A stretch of DNA of 64,000 nucleotides from Planctomycetota bacterium (GTDB taxonomy: Bacteria > Planctomycetota > MHYJ01 > WSZJ01), in contig WSZJ01000007.1 of assembly GCA_009773755.1 (NCBI GenBank), positions 3,493 through 67,492 on the forward strand. Direction: 5' to 3'. This document shows, piece after piece, positions 1-9,136 of this stretch. A model generated the notes under the pieces. That model was given only the letters and a program-made list of their open reading frames with translations. It was not told the DNA's origin and made no database searches. Numbering within the stretch: position 1 is the first letter of the stretch; the number at the start of each line of letters is the position of its first letter. A program made the translations under genes and the position numbers.

Positions 1-648
1 CTCCATGCGCTCGACCCGCGCAATCACCGGTTTGGTGGACACCGTCTGCTCGGTGAGCAGCGAAAGCGGATCGATGCGATTCACCGTCCACTCACGACCG
101 ATCCGCAGCTGGGCCGGAGGCTGAAGTGGCGACAGCCCGGAAGCCAGGGCGGTGGAGCTGTCGAACTTCAGTGTCCTGCGATCCGAAGGGCCCTCGAACA
201 TCGTGACCAGGACTTCGAGCTCGGTTTCGCTTCGCATGACGCCGCTCACCGTACAGTTCCCCGCGACGGTGGTGATGATGACGTCGTAAGATTTCACCCG
301 GAAGCGCGTGTCGAGGAGAATCGTGGTGCGCATCATGAACTCGCCCAGCGGGAGCCGCAGAGCCGAGCCGTCGAGCGTCGTTTCGTCGGTGATGGAGAAC
401 GCGGTGTCCTCGGGGCGGGTGGCCTGCCAGGGCGAAACGGACCGCCGACTCGTGCCCACGCGCAATTCGCGGTCGGGGAGCTGAACGAAGATTCCCATCT
501 GGGATTCTTCCTCGTCGAGGTGGTGCAGCCCTTCCGCATAGGTCGGGTAGTAGACCTGCAGCATGCGCGGCATGACCTTGTCGCGGAAGAGCAGCCCCAT
601 GGAAATGGCCCAGAAAGCGACGATGGTCCAGGTCCAGACGCGCGTCAT
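1..648 (-). CDS. hypothetical membrane-anchored protein (3' end runs off the window)
   Basis: Open frame from the ATG (rc of 646-648) to the window edge. It is absent from the ORF track because there is no stop in the window. The N-terminus MTRVWTWTIVAFWAISMGLLF looks like a TM anchor. ATGA overlap with the stop of the upstream gene (645-647). No family recognised. Confidence 0.45.
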   Translation of the reverse strand, partial: MTRVWTWTIVAFWAISMGLLFRDKVMPRMLQVYYPTYAEGLHHLDEEESQMGIFVQLPDRELRVGTSRRSVSPWQATRPEDTAFSITDETTLDGSALRLPLGEFMMRTTILLDTRFRVKSYDVIITTVAGNCTVSGVMRSETELEVLVTMFEGPSDRRTLKFDSSTALASGLSPLQPPAQLRIGREWTVNRIDPLSLLTEQTVSTKPVIARVERME

Positions 649-1370
649 GGCGCCGTCCTTTCAGCCTGGGGGGCGGGCGCTGCGACGGCAGCCGCCGCTT
701 CATTCTTCTTCGGGAAGAAGATCTTCTTCATGAGGCGCCAGAGCCACGGCGCAAGAACCATGGCGACGCCGGTCCAGAAACAGACCGCGCCGAGGCCGTG
801 CTGAATCAGCGCGGGGAATCCCCTGAGCGACCACGGGTCGCCGCCCTGGCTGCGGATCATCAGTTCCTTGGCGACGAAGAGGATCGCGAAGGCGAAATGG
901 CGGAGGTTGCGCGGGATTTCGCGGTTGTGGTGAAGGGCTTCGAAGGAGAAAGCGCCGCGGACGTGAGGGTATTTCGGGAAGAGCGACGGGATGTAGCGCG
1001 GGACCTTGTCGAGGTAGTCCTGGTAGGCCTTCCCGTGGATGCCCAGCAGCTCCGCTTCCTCGGACTTCGTTCGAGGGTGGAGGACGAATCCGTAGAACCC
1101 GATGAACCACGCGATCGGGACCCAGGGGTTCCAGGCGATGACGCAGAAGCCGGCGTCCGTGAAGACATTGGAGAGATAGAAAGGATTGCGGACCCATCGA
1201 TAAGGGCCGGCGATGGTGAGGACTTCGGTCTTGACGAGCGTGCCGGCGGAAATGAAATGAAGGACCTGGCCCAGGAAGATGAGGATGCTGCCGGCGATGA
1301 GGGAGTACGGAGTCGGGTCGCCGACGACGAAAAGGACGAGGATGAGGATGCGACGGAGAAAGGTCCGCAT
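645..1370 (-). CDS. isoprenylcysteine carboxyl / phospholipid methyltransferase-family membrane protein
   Basis: Track ORF 645..1562. The likely start is the internal MRTFLRRILILVLFVV (1370). Multi-TM protein with the GPYRWVRNPFYLSN motif typical of the ICMT/PEMT family. The upstream 64 aa of the ORF are non-hydrophobic and probably not translated. Confidence 0.6.
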   Translation of the reverse strand: MRTFLRRILILVLFVVGDPTPYSLIAGSILIFLGQVLHFISAGTLVKTEVLTIAGPYRWVRNPFYLSNVFTDAGFCVIAWNPWVPIAWFIGFYGFVLHPRTKSEEAELLGIHGKAYQDYLDKVPRYIPSLFPKYPHVRGAFSFEALHHNREIPRNLRHFAFAILFVAKELMIRSQGGDPWSLRGFPALIQHGLGAVCFWTGVAMVLAPWLWRLMKKIFFPKKNEAAAAVAAPAPQAERTAP

Positions 1371-1630
1371 CTTGGGGAACTGGAACGAGCGGCGATCGGG
1401 CAAGGAGAGCGGCTCCGGTGCTGCGGGAAGAGTGGAGATTAGCAGCGGCGCGCGAGGCGGGCAACGAGGGGATACCAGAGCGCTCAAGGCGCTGCTCCCG
1501 AAAGTTTCATTCGCGGCCGTTTCCGCGTCTTCCGCATTCATCCGCGAATTCCGTTCCTGCACTTAAAGTGATGCCGGCCGGCCTCCGCGAATCACCGTGA
1601 TTCCGCGAAACGCCCGTCATCCCACCCCCG

Positions 1631-2500
1631 ATGCCTCTTCCCCTCGACGCCTTCTACACCGCCCTCGCCGCCACGGTCGGCTCGGCCCTCCCGTTGCCGA
1701 AAGCGCTGTCCTCGGCCGGCCGCCCCGATCTCGCGCTTCTCGCCGACGGCCGTCCGCTCGGCGACATCCTCGCCGCGGGAGGGATTCCCGAGCTCGACGT
1801 CGCGACGATTCGCGCCGCGGAGAGGTCGGGGCGAATCGAAGCGGCGCTGAAGGGATTGGCGAAGCGGGCACGAGAGGCGCTGATCCTGAAGCGGCGACTG
1901 CACGCGATCGTGCTCTATCCGCTGATCGTGGCGCACGGGATGGTGATCGCGCCGTGGGTGATCCAGTGGGTGTTCGCCAGCGTGTCGGTTTCCGTTCTCC
2001 TCTGGGACCTCGTGGCCATCTGGGTCTTCTTTTTTGTCGTCCGCGCCCTCCTCGCAAGCCGGATCGGCGAGAGCCTCCCCTGCGTCGGTTCGATCCGCCG
2101 CGACGTCGCCTGCGCGCGCTTCTGCGACTCACTCGCGGGCGCGCTCGACGCCGCGTTGCCGCTGAAGCGGGCGATCGAGTTAGCGGCAGACGCCGCGGGT
2201 GGCCCGACCGGCGCAAGAGCCCGCACCGCCGCGGCCGGGGACGTGAACCGCCCGCTCGTGGAGACGCTCGCCCCGGTCCTTCCTCCGTTCAGCGTCGAAA
2301 TGCTTCGCGCCGGCGAAGAGGCGGGGAGCATTGACAAGTCACTCACCAAGCTCGCCCAGCGGCATTTCGAGGACGCCGTGCATGCGCTCAACAAGCTGAT
2401 CGCGGTCCTGCCGCTTCTGCTGTTCTTCCTCGTGCTGGCGCTGTTCGTGCTGCAGTTGGCCGCTATCGGCGGACCGGTCTTCCACCGGCCTGCGCCGTAA
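1631..2500 (+). CDS. GspF/PilC-like (type II secretion system F domain) inner-membrane protein, short form
   Basis: 289 aa with two GspF-type repeats (AAERSGRIEAALKGLA and EMLRAGEEAGSIDKSLTKLA) separated by TM segments and ending in a TM helix. No other T2SS or pilus genes are adjacent. Confidence 0.55.
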   Translation: MPLPLDAFYTALAATVGSALPLPKALSSAGRPDLALLADGRPLGDILAAGGIPELDVATIRAAERSGRIEAALKGLAKRAREALILKRRLHAIVLYPLIVAHGMVIAPWVIQWVFASVSVSVLLWDLVAIWVFFFVVRALLASRIGESLPCVGSIRRDVACARFCDSLAGALDAALPLKRAIELAADAAGGPTGARARTAAAGDVNRPLVETLAPVLPPFSVEMLRAGEEAGSIDKSLTKLAQRHFEDAVHALNKLIAVLPLLLFFLVLALFVLQLAAIGGPVFHRPAP

Positions 2501-2542
2501 AGGAAGGGCGGGCGGGCAGGCGGGCGAGGCGCTTGTGGGGTG

Positions 2543-3088
2543 CTACTTCGCGAGTAGGTTCGCGACCGCCGCGCGCGTCCCGACCGCGTCGAAGAATCGC
2601 CCGGGACACGCCACCCCGCGCTTCTTCTCGCTCTCCGCGCACACCTCGCTCGACGGGATCAACTTCTCCCGGCACAACCGCGCGCAGAGCGCTTCCAGCG
2701 CCGCCTGCTGCTTTCGCGTCGGCTTCTCGCGGTCGATCCGCCCGATCAGGCAGATCTCGATGACCTCCCGGTTCAGGCCGGGCTGCTGAAGCGCCCACCG
2801 CGGGCTCGTCTCGACCTGCCCGTCTCCGGTTTCGGTCCCGTTGCCGATGACAAAATGGAAGGGAGCGCCTCCGCGCTCCGCGTGCGCCGCTTCGAGGGAC
2901 CGCAGGGATCCTTTCGGCGCGGAGTTCGAGTGAATCCAGATCCCGGCCCAGGGCCGCGTGGGCGGAGCGTCGGCCGCCGCAGCGGGCATTGCGACGGGGT
3001 AAGGCATCGCATCGTTGTGGAACACGACGACGACGGCAAGGAGGGTGGCCGTGATGAGCGTGACGAGCAGGAAATCGAAGAGACGCAT
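2543..3088 (-). CDS. N-acetylmuramoyl-L-alanine amidase (amidase_2/PGRP-like), membrane anchored
   Basis: Real start taken at MRLFDFLLVTLITATLL (ATG, rc of 3086-3088). The track ORF extends upstream through Arg/Gly-rich junk. Amidase_2-like blocks are present: WIHSNS, FHFVIGNG, RW, NREVIEICLIG, KPTRKQQAALEAL. Confidence 0.6.
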   Translation of the reverse strand: MRLFDFLLVTLITATLLAVVVVFHNDAMPYPVAMPAAAADAPPTRPWAGIWIHSNSAPKGSLRSLEAAHAERGGAPFHFVIGNGTETGDGQVETSPRWALQQPGLNREVIEICLIGRIDREKPTRKQQAALEALCARLCREKLIPSSEVCAESEKKRGVACPGRFFDAVGTRAAVANLLAK

Positions 3089-3155
3089 GTGCTTCCAATT
3101 TCGGCGTTTCACCGTTGCCGACTGAAGCGAGGGCGCTTTCCGGGCCTTTTCTGCG

Positions 3156-3188
3156 CCCTGCCTCCTGCCCACTACCCCCTGACCCCGA
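3156..3188. repeat. heptamer-periodic CCTGCCN/CTACCCN tract (GGTAG/CTACC family)
   Basis: The sequence cctgcct cctgccc actaccc cctgacc shares the 14-mer cccactaccccctg with 7358-7371. It overlaps the stop of the SnoaL-like gene. Confidence 0.6.
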
Positions 3189-3495
3189 GTTGTCCTTGAA
3201 GTCCGGTCGCCGCGATCCCGAGCCCCGGCCCCGAGTGGGTCCCGCGAAACGTGATCCGCCACGCGACGCGGTCCCCCTCTTCGATCAGGTCCTCGATCGC
3301 GACCTGCATGTCCGGATACGCGCTGACGAACGCCTGGTGAAACGCCCGGAATCCCGCGATCCCTCCCGCGCCTCCCTCCGGCAGCCCGTGAACGACGCAC
3401 TGTGGCGACGCGAGCCGGTCAATGGCCGCGGCGTCCTTCCGGTTCCAGACTTCATCAAACCACTGGCGAACGACGGCCTTCGCGGACTGGGGCAT
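3172..3495 (-). CDS. SnoaL-like (NTF2-fold, ester-cyclase-type) protein, apparently C-terminally shortened
   Basis: The N-terminus AVVRQWFDEVWNRKDAAAIDRL..YPDMQVAIEDLIEEGDRVAWRITFRGTHSGPGLGIAATG matches the predicted ester cyclase pattern. The last 9 codons and the TAG stop lie inside the GGTAG-type repeat. Confidence 0.5.
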   Translation of the reverse strand: MPQSAKAVVRQWFDEVWNRKDAAAIDRLASPQCVVHGLPEGGAGGIAGFRAFHQAFVSAYPDMQVAIEDLIEEGDRVAWRITFRGTHSGPGLGIAATGLQGQLGVRG

Positions 3496-3563
3496 CCGAC
3501 TCTCCTTCTAAACTGGTAGCAACGCCGATTCTACGAATCCGCGAACATCGTCGCATCAGAGCG

Positions 3564-4277
3564 TCACTTGCCGCTCGCGAACTCTTCCAGCTGGTGCCGA
3601 AGGGCCCGGAGTTGGACCAAAGTCGCGGGCAGGTCCTCGTAACGATTGCGAACCAGGGAATTCAGGGCTACTTTCTCGGCAGGTGTCAGGTCCTTGTGAT
3701 CCGCAAACATCCGATTTGAGGCCGAATAGAGCCTCGTGAATGCGTCACGAACATCGGAAACGGGCCCATCCACGGACAGGGTTTCAATCACCGCGACGAG
3801 CGCCGCCAGCGCGGCGAACGACTGGCGCTTGTCCGTCGTCCCGAGGCGCGCTTCCGTCAACAGGCACCGGCCAAGCGCCGCGGCCTCCTTGTATTCGTAC
3901 GGCCACGGCAAGCCGGTCTCGGGGAGCCTCCCACGCGACTCCTGCGCGTTCATGAGCTGCGAGAACTTCGAAGCCTCGTCCGTTACGCGTTTCGTCGCGA
4001 GGAACAGTGCCCGCGTCGGCAATTCGGCGGGCCGTCCCTTCGCAGCGACAATTCCGGCGCCCGCATCCTCGAGCTCGAGCAGCACTTTCCGGCGCACAGA
4101 GCCTTCCAGGTCCCACGCGTGAGCTTCGAATTCCGACAGGCAATGGAGGAAGCGTGTCCGTGCTGCGGAATAGGGGGCCGAGTCGGCCGATGTCGGCCCT
4201 GCCGAAGCGCTAGGAGTCGCGGGTTTCGGTTTGTCGCAACCCGCGAGCAGCAGCAGGACGATCAGAGCGCGCTTCAT
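3564..4277 (-). CDS. hypothetical lipoprotein
   Basis: Start at MKRALIVLLLLAGC (lipobox LAGC; ATG is rc of 4275-4277). The 614-aa track ORF is an out-of-context upstream extension through the TolC-like gene. Helical, no family recognised. Last gene of the metal island. Confidence 0.5.
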   Translation of the reverse strand: MKRALIVLLLLAGCDKPKPATPSASAGPTSADSAPYSAARTRFLHCLSEFEAHAWDLEGSVRRKVLLELEDAGAGIVAAKGRPAELPTRALFLATKRVTDEASKFSQLMNAQESRGRLPETGLPWPYEYKEAAALGRCLLTEARLGTTDKRQSFAALAALVAVIETLSVDGPVSDVRDAFTRLYSASNRMFADHKDLTPAEKVALNSLVRNRYEDLPATLVQLRALRHQLEEFASGK

Positions 4278-4282
4278 GCCGG

Positions 4283-5629
4283 CTACTTCGCGAATTCCGA
4301 AAGCGGCCGGTCCACTGCGGACTCCAGGTCCACTCGCGCCGATGCATACGCCGCTTCCGCCTCGATCGACTCGCCCAGGGAGTCGAGGTAGTCCTGCTGC
4401 GCGCGCAGCAGATCGGCGATGCCCAGGTTTCCGTCGGCGTAGGCGGCGCGCACGTCCTCGAGGTTCTTGGAAGCGAGGGGGAGGACTTCTTTCTCGAAGA
4501 GATCGAGAGTCTGCGAAGCGGCCTTGAGCCGGGCGGCGGACGCGGTGACTTCTCTTCCGACTTCGGACTCGAGGGCGGCGCGGAGGGCGTCGAAGCGGCG
4601 GCGGTCGGCCTGGGCTTCGAGAATTTCGCCTCGTTTCGAATTCCAGAGGGGCAGCGTGAGGGAGAGGCCGAATGTCACCATGTGGTCGTTCATGCGGATG
4701 TCGACCCCGTCGCCCTCGACGCGGCCTCGCTCCCATTCGTATCCGAGGCCGAGTCCGAGCTCGGGCGCGCCTTCCGCGTCGGCGAGCGTGGCGCGGGCGC
4801 CGGCTTCGACGGCGGCCTGCGACAGCACGTCCAGATCCGGCCGCCCGGTTCGCGCGGCGGCGAGAGCTTTGGCGAGATCGGGTTCGGGGCGGTCGGCGGG
4901 AAATGTCACGGCGAGGAGCCACCCGGCGGGCGGCGACTCGCCGGCGAGCGCCTCGACATCCGCGCGCGTTGCCTCGACTTCCCCCTCGGCAGACTTCACG
5001 GCGGCGCGCGCCTTCGCGGCGCGGACTTTCGCGGAATTCACGTCGGTCGCGGAAGCCTGGCGGGCGTCGTAACGAGCCACGGCGACCTCGACGTCCTTGG
5101 CGGCGAGCTCGGCGAAGCGGCGCGAGACATCCAGTTTCCGGAGTGCGATGGACGCGTTCCACCAGGCGAGACGCGCCCTGGAGCGGAGCTCGCGCAAGGC
5201 GTCGCGCGCTTCCGCGCCGGCGCGGGCGATCCCGGCTTCCGCCACGGCTTCCCGCTTCGAGAGCCTTCCGCCCAGATCGATCCGCTGGTGAACGCCGATC
5301 CCGGCCTGCGTGCTTTCGCCATCGACGGACTGCGCGCCCTCGAAGGCCACCTCCGGGTAGGACTGGTACGTCCCCGCCGCCACCTTCCGCGCGCGCGCCG
5401 CTTCCCACTCCTCAAGCGCCGCGATCGAGCGCCCGTGGCGCTCCACGGCGCGCAGAAGTTCGGCGAGCGAGAGGCCGTCGGACCAGTCGATCGGGGCGGC
5501 GGGAGGCGGGACCGCGAAATCCCCATGGCCCGTTCTCCAGTCGGGGAGCGGGACCGGGCGGTCCTCGATGGCAGCGCAGCCAGCGAGCGCGAAGAAAAGC
5601 AGGAGCGGGAGGAATCGAGTCGTCATCAT
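4283..5629 (-). CDS. TolC-family outer-membrane efflux lipoprotein (OMF/NodT-CusC-like), copy 1
   Basis: 448 aa with lipobox FALAGC. It has the two-repeat OMF architecture of long Ala/Arg-rich helices, and a C-terminal LLRAQQDYLDS..AEAAYASARVDLESAV block typical of OMFs. The start overlaps the stop of the YHS lipoprotein (AAATGA). Confidence 0.8.
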   Translation of the reverse strand: MMTTRFLPLLLFFALAGCAAIEDRPVPLPDWRTGHGDFAVPPPAAPIDWSDGLSLAELLRAVERHGRSIAALEEWEAARARKVAAGTYQSYPEVAFEGAQSVDGESTQAGIGVHQRIDLGGRLSKREAVAEAGIARAGAEARDALRELRSRARLAWWNASIALRKLDVSRRFAELAAKDVEVAVARYDARQASATDVNSAKVRAAKARAAVKSAEGEVEATRADVEALAGESPPAGWLLAVTFPADRPEPDLAKALAAARTGRPDLDVLSQAAVEAGARATLADAEGAPELGLGLGYEWERGRVEGDGVDIRMNDHMVTFGLSLTLPLWNSKRGEILEAQADRRRFDALRAALESEVGREVTASAARLKAASQTLDLFEKEVLPLASKNLEDVRAAYADGNLGIADLLRAQQDYLDSLGESIEAEAAYASARVDLESAVDRPLSEFAK

Positions 5630-6063
5630 TTGTGGTCGCTCCCTTCGTGGTTGTGACCGTGGCTACCCGATCCGTCCACGGGTTGGGGATCTCCGCACTC
5701 GCACCTCTCCGCCTTGTCCTGGCAATGGCCGCACCCGCAGTGCTTCATGGCGCCCGTGGAGCAAATGCATTTTTCTTTCGGGAGCCCCGTCATCGCGGCC
5801 GAGGGGGCCGCCTTGAACGTGTCGAGGCAGGCGGTCGAGCAGAAGTGAAACCGCGTTTCGCGGTAGACGAATTCCGGCTGTCCGGCGATCGAGAAGAGCT
5901 TTCCGCACGCAGGGTCGCGCGCGCTGCCATCAACGGCGGTCTCCGAGTCTGCGTGCGCGGCGCCCGTGCCGTGATCGTGATCGTCGTGTTCGTTGCTGCT
6001 GCCGCAGCCCGCGATTGCCGCTACGAGCAGCGAAGTTGCGAATTTCACAAGTGATCCGCGCAT
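5626..6063 (-). CDS. YHS/TRASH-domain metal-binding lipoprotein, His/Cys-rich
   Basis: Lipobox AIAGC and an HDDHDH tract. YHS-like core DPACGKLF..YRETRFHFCSTACLDTF. Cys cluster CICSTGAMKHCGCGHCQDKAERCEC. His-rich C-terminal tail GSGSHGHNHEGSDHK. Confidence 0.7.
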   Translation of the reverse strand: MRGSLVKFATSLLVAAIAGCGSSNEHDDHDHGTGAAHADSETAVDGSARDPACGKLFSIAGQPEFVYRETRFHFCSTACLDTFKAAPSAAMTGLPKEKCICSTGAMKHCGCGHCQDKAERCECGDPQPVDGSGSHGHNHEGSDHK

Positions 6064-6091
6064 GAAGGGCTCCTTGCTCCAGGGGGAAAAA

Positions 6092-7311
6092 CTACTTGGG
6101 ACCGCCGCCGACTTTGTACGCCATCGTCCCTTCAGGGTGCTTGTACCAGCCCGGGTCTTCGTAGCTGGTGATGCCGTCGCGCACCTTCAGAATCGTGAAC
6201 ATGCCTCCCATGCCGAGGTTGTCGAAGGGTCCCTTGCCGGTCATCATCGCCAGCGTGTTCTCAGGACCGGGCATGTGATCGGCCATGTCCTGCATTTCGG
6301 CCATTCCCTTCTCTCCCATTGCCATGTATCCGGGGAGCAGCTTCCGGATTCTCCCCTCCAGCCCCTTCTGGTCCACGCCGATCATGTTGGGAACGTGATG
6401 TCCCATCGCGTTCATGACGTGGTGGGATTTGTGGCAGTGGAGGGCCCAGTCCCCCGGGAGGTCGGCGACCCATTCGATGTCGCGCGTGGCTCCGACGGGC
6501 ACGAGGACCGTCGTTTCGGGCCACCCCGCGGACTCCGGAACGTCGCCGCCGTCGGTGCCGGTGACGGTGAAGGATGCTCGTCCATGCTCAAGTTGGCGAT
6601 GCGGATCCGCACGCGCTGGCCGGTTCTGACGACCAGGGGGGCCGTGCCGGGGAACGCCTTGCCGTTGAACGAGAAGGTGTTGAAGTCGAGCATGACGGAA
6701 GGGTCGGGGCGGTACGTCCCCGGTTCGATCGCCCACATGTGCAGGAAGATGGAGAAGTCACGGTCGATTTTCCGCGACGCCTTTTTGGGGTGGATGACGA
6801 ACATGCCCATCATGCCGACCGCCATCTGGGTCATTTCGTCCACGTGCGGGTGGTACATCTGCGTCCCGTGCTGGATCAGGGTGAACTCGTAAGCCCACGT
6901 CTCTCCCGGCTGGATGTACGGTTGCGTCAGCCCGCCCACGCCGTCCATTCCGCAGGGAAGCAGGACGCCGTGCCAGTGGACGCTCGTGGGCTCCGGCAGC
7001 TTGTTCTCCACGAAGATCCGCACCTTGTCGCCTTCCACGCACTCGATGGTCGGCCCCGGCGTTCGCCCGTTGTAGCCCCAGGCCTTCACCTTGCACCCCG
7101 GGGCGAATTCGTGTTCCACTTCCTCGGCAATCAGATGGAATTCCTTCACGCCGTCCTTCATCACGAACGGAAGAGTGGCCCCGTTGGGAGTTTCGACTGG
7201 CGTGTAGCCGTCCGCGGCGGGCGGATCTTCCGCGCGCGCCGTCCCGCCCAGCAGCAGCCCGGCCCCGGCCAGCGCCGCCCCGCCCGTCACGAGCAACTCT
7301 CTTCGCGTCAT
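6092..7311 (-). pseudogene. multicopper oxidase (CopA/CueO-like, Tat signal) with a frameshifting deletion
   Basis: Split between track ORFs 6412..7374 and 6092..6736. Tat motif MTRRELLVTGGAALAGAG. Cu motifs HWHG, HPH and HCHKSHHVMNAM are present. The frame breaks at 6571/6572, where ..ANLSMDEHP joins FTVTGTDGG and the expected HxHxH copper site is missing. Length is 1220 nt, not a multiple of 3. Confidence 0.75.
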
Positions 7312-7353
7312 CACGATCCACCTCCTCTTCGCCGCCTCGATGCTTTGGTTGTT

Positions 7354-7379
7354 CCTACCCACTACCCCCTGCAAACTCC
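7354..7379. repeat. heptamer-periodic CTACCC-type tract
   Basis: The sequence cctaccc actaccc cctgcaa actccct lies in the spacer between the TolC-like copy 2 stop and the MCO start. Confidence 0.55.
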
Positions 7380-8741
7380 CTACTTCTTCTCCCCCGGCAG
7401 CCGTCCTCCCACCGCGCGTTCCAGCTCCGCCCGCGCGATCCAGTAGTCCCTGACCATTTCAATCGACTCGTCGTACGCGTCGTACTCTTCCTGCCGCGCA
7501 CGAAGCACTTCCGCAACGCCGATCAGCATGAAGTTGTATTCCCTGAGCGCGAGTTCCACGATCCGCTCGCGAAGCGGGATTACGACCCTTTGAAGGTGCT
7601 CAGCCTTGCGCCGGTGCGTGAGGAGCCGTTCCCTTGCGGAGCGCACCTCGGAGCGAATCCGGATCGCGAGGTCCCGATTTGTCGACTCGCGCCGCCGGAG
7701 CTCCGCTTCGAGCGCGAATATCGCCGCCTGCTGGCGGTCGAATATCGGAAGACTCAGCGCCAGGCTCGGACCGTACGCCCAGCCGACCTCCGGTTCGAGC
7801 TCCCGATGCGCATCGAATCCCAGCTCGACCGTTCCGAGCCACCGGAACGCCTTCACAAGGTCGAGACGCTCGACAGAAGCGTCTCGCTCCCGCCGGGCCG
7901 CAGCGAGATCGAGACGGCGCGCGATGGCGAGGGACTCGAGCCCGTTCAGCGCGATTTCAGTTCCCGGCATGTCCGGGAGTTTCTTCGGGGCCGTCCACGC
8001 GACCTGGGTTCCCCATGCGCCGAGAATTACCGTCAGGTTCTCCCGCGCCTCGGATACCTGCTCTTCCGCCTTCACCCAGGCCATCTTTGAGCTCTCGGAC
8101 TGGTCGCGCTCCCGCGAGGCCGCAAGCTCGCTCAGATTCCCCGCATCCTTCAACCGCGCCGCCAGGTCGGCCTGTGCTTCCGCCGCCGCAGCAATCGCGT
8201 GGCGAACCTCGGCCCGCTGCTGCGCCGCCACAACCTCGAGCCACGCCACCTTCGCGCGCGCCGCCATCTCGATCACGTCGTCGACGACGTGGAATTTGAC
8301 CCGCTCAAATTCCATCGAAGCGACTTCCTTCCGGGCGGGAATCATCAGCAGGTCGAGAAAATTCTGCGCGATCTCGAAGTCCATTCCCGTGACCACGCCG
8401 GGCCTCGTGGGGAAATGGGCGCTTCCGAAAATCGTCGGATTCGAGAGAATTCCGGCCTGCACGAGGTCGGCCTGGGCGACGCCGAGGTCCTCGTAATGGG
8501 ACTGCAATTCCGGGTTGTTCAAGAGCGCGATCTGCACGACGGATTCCGACGTCAGCTCGCGCGAAAACAATTCGTCGATCGTACGTCGGACCTCCGCGTC
8601 CTCGGGACCGCCCCGGAACCAGTGAACCTTCTTTGCCGTGCGTTCCTCGGCGGGCTTCCGGACGTCCTCAAATCCCGCGTCCTCCGGGACGGAGCAGCCC
8701 GCCAGCACGATCGCCGCTACAGTCGGGAGCCAGGTTTTCAT
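7380..8741 (-). CDS. TolC-family outer-membrane efflux lipoprotein, copy 2
   Basis: 453 aa with lipobox VLAGC and OMF helical repeat architecture. The start overlaps the stop of the HMBD lipoprotein through the same GACCACAAATGA junction as copy 1. Confidence 0.8.
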   Translation of the reverse strand: MKTWLPTVAAIVLAGCSVPEDAGFEDVRKPAEERTAKKVHWFRGGPEDAEVRRTIDELFSRELTSESVVQIALLNNPELQSHYEDLGVAQADLVQAGILSNPTIFGSAHFPTRPGVVTGMDFEIAQNFLDLLMIPARKEVASMEFERVKFHVVDDVIEMAARAKVAWLEVVAAQQRAEVRHAIAAAAEAQADLAARLKDAGNLSELAASRERDQSESSKMAWVKAEEQVSEARENLTVILGAWGTQVAWTAPKKLPDMPGTEIALNGLESLAIARRLDLAAARRERDASVERLDLVKAFRWLGTVELGFDAHRELEPEVGWAYGPSLALSLPIFDRQQAAIFALEAELRRRESTNRDLAIRIRSEVRSARERLLTHRRKAEHLQRVVIPLRERIVELALREYNFMLIGVAEVLRARQEEYDAYDESIEMVRDYWIARAELERAVGGRLPGEKK

Positions 8742-9049
8742 TTGTGGTCATGCCCCTTGTGCTCCCCTGCCGGCGCCTCCTTGACGGGCTGCAGGTCCAT
8801 GCCGCACTTCGGACACGCCCCGGCCTTGGCACTCTTCACTTCAGGATGCATCGGGCAGGTCCACGTCGCGCCCTCGGGCGGCTTCTCATCCGCCAGCGGT
8901 TCCACCGGCCCGCTCAGCCGGTCGGGCGGCGGCGCCCACGCCGTCTCGGGCGCCGCCGGGTTGGCCGGGTCGGTCGCGGATGGCGGCCCGTCGCCGCTTC
9001 CCGCACATCCGGCAAGGGAGGCCAGCAGGACCAGAAACAGGGATTTCAT
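8738..9049 (-). CDS. heavy-metal-binding-domain (HMBD) lipoprotein
   Basis: Lipobox SLAGC. WTCPMHPEVKSAKAGACPKCGMDLQPV matches the YTCPMHPE..CPxCGMxL HMBD motif found at the N-termini of Cu/Ag efflux components. C-terminal tail EHKGHDHK. Confidence 0.75.
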   Translation of the reverse strand: MKSLFLVLLASLAGCAGSGDGPPSATDPANPAAPETAWAPPPDRLSGPVEPLADEKPPEGATWTCPMHPEVKSAKAGACPKCGMDLQPVKEAPAGEHKGHDHK

Positions 9050-9136
9050 GGGGAGTCCTCGAGGAAAGAATGAGTCGGAAGCGGCGATGGCGCCCGCGGG
9101 ACGGAGGCCGGGCGCGACGAGGGACTGGCGTGCGCG

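Noticed and set aside
4278-5408. N-terminal 377-aa extension of track ORF 3564..5408
   Set aside because: The extension runs out of frame through the TolC-like gene and is Arg-rich junk. A lipoprotein signal peptide with its own ATG starts at 4277.
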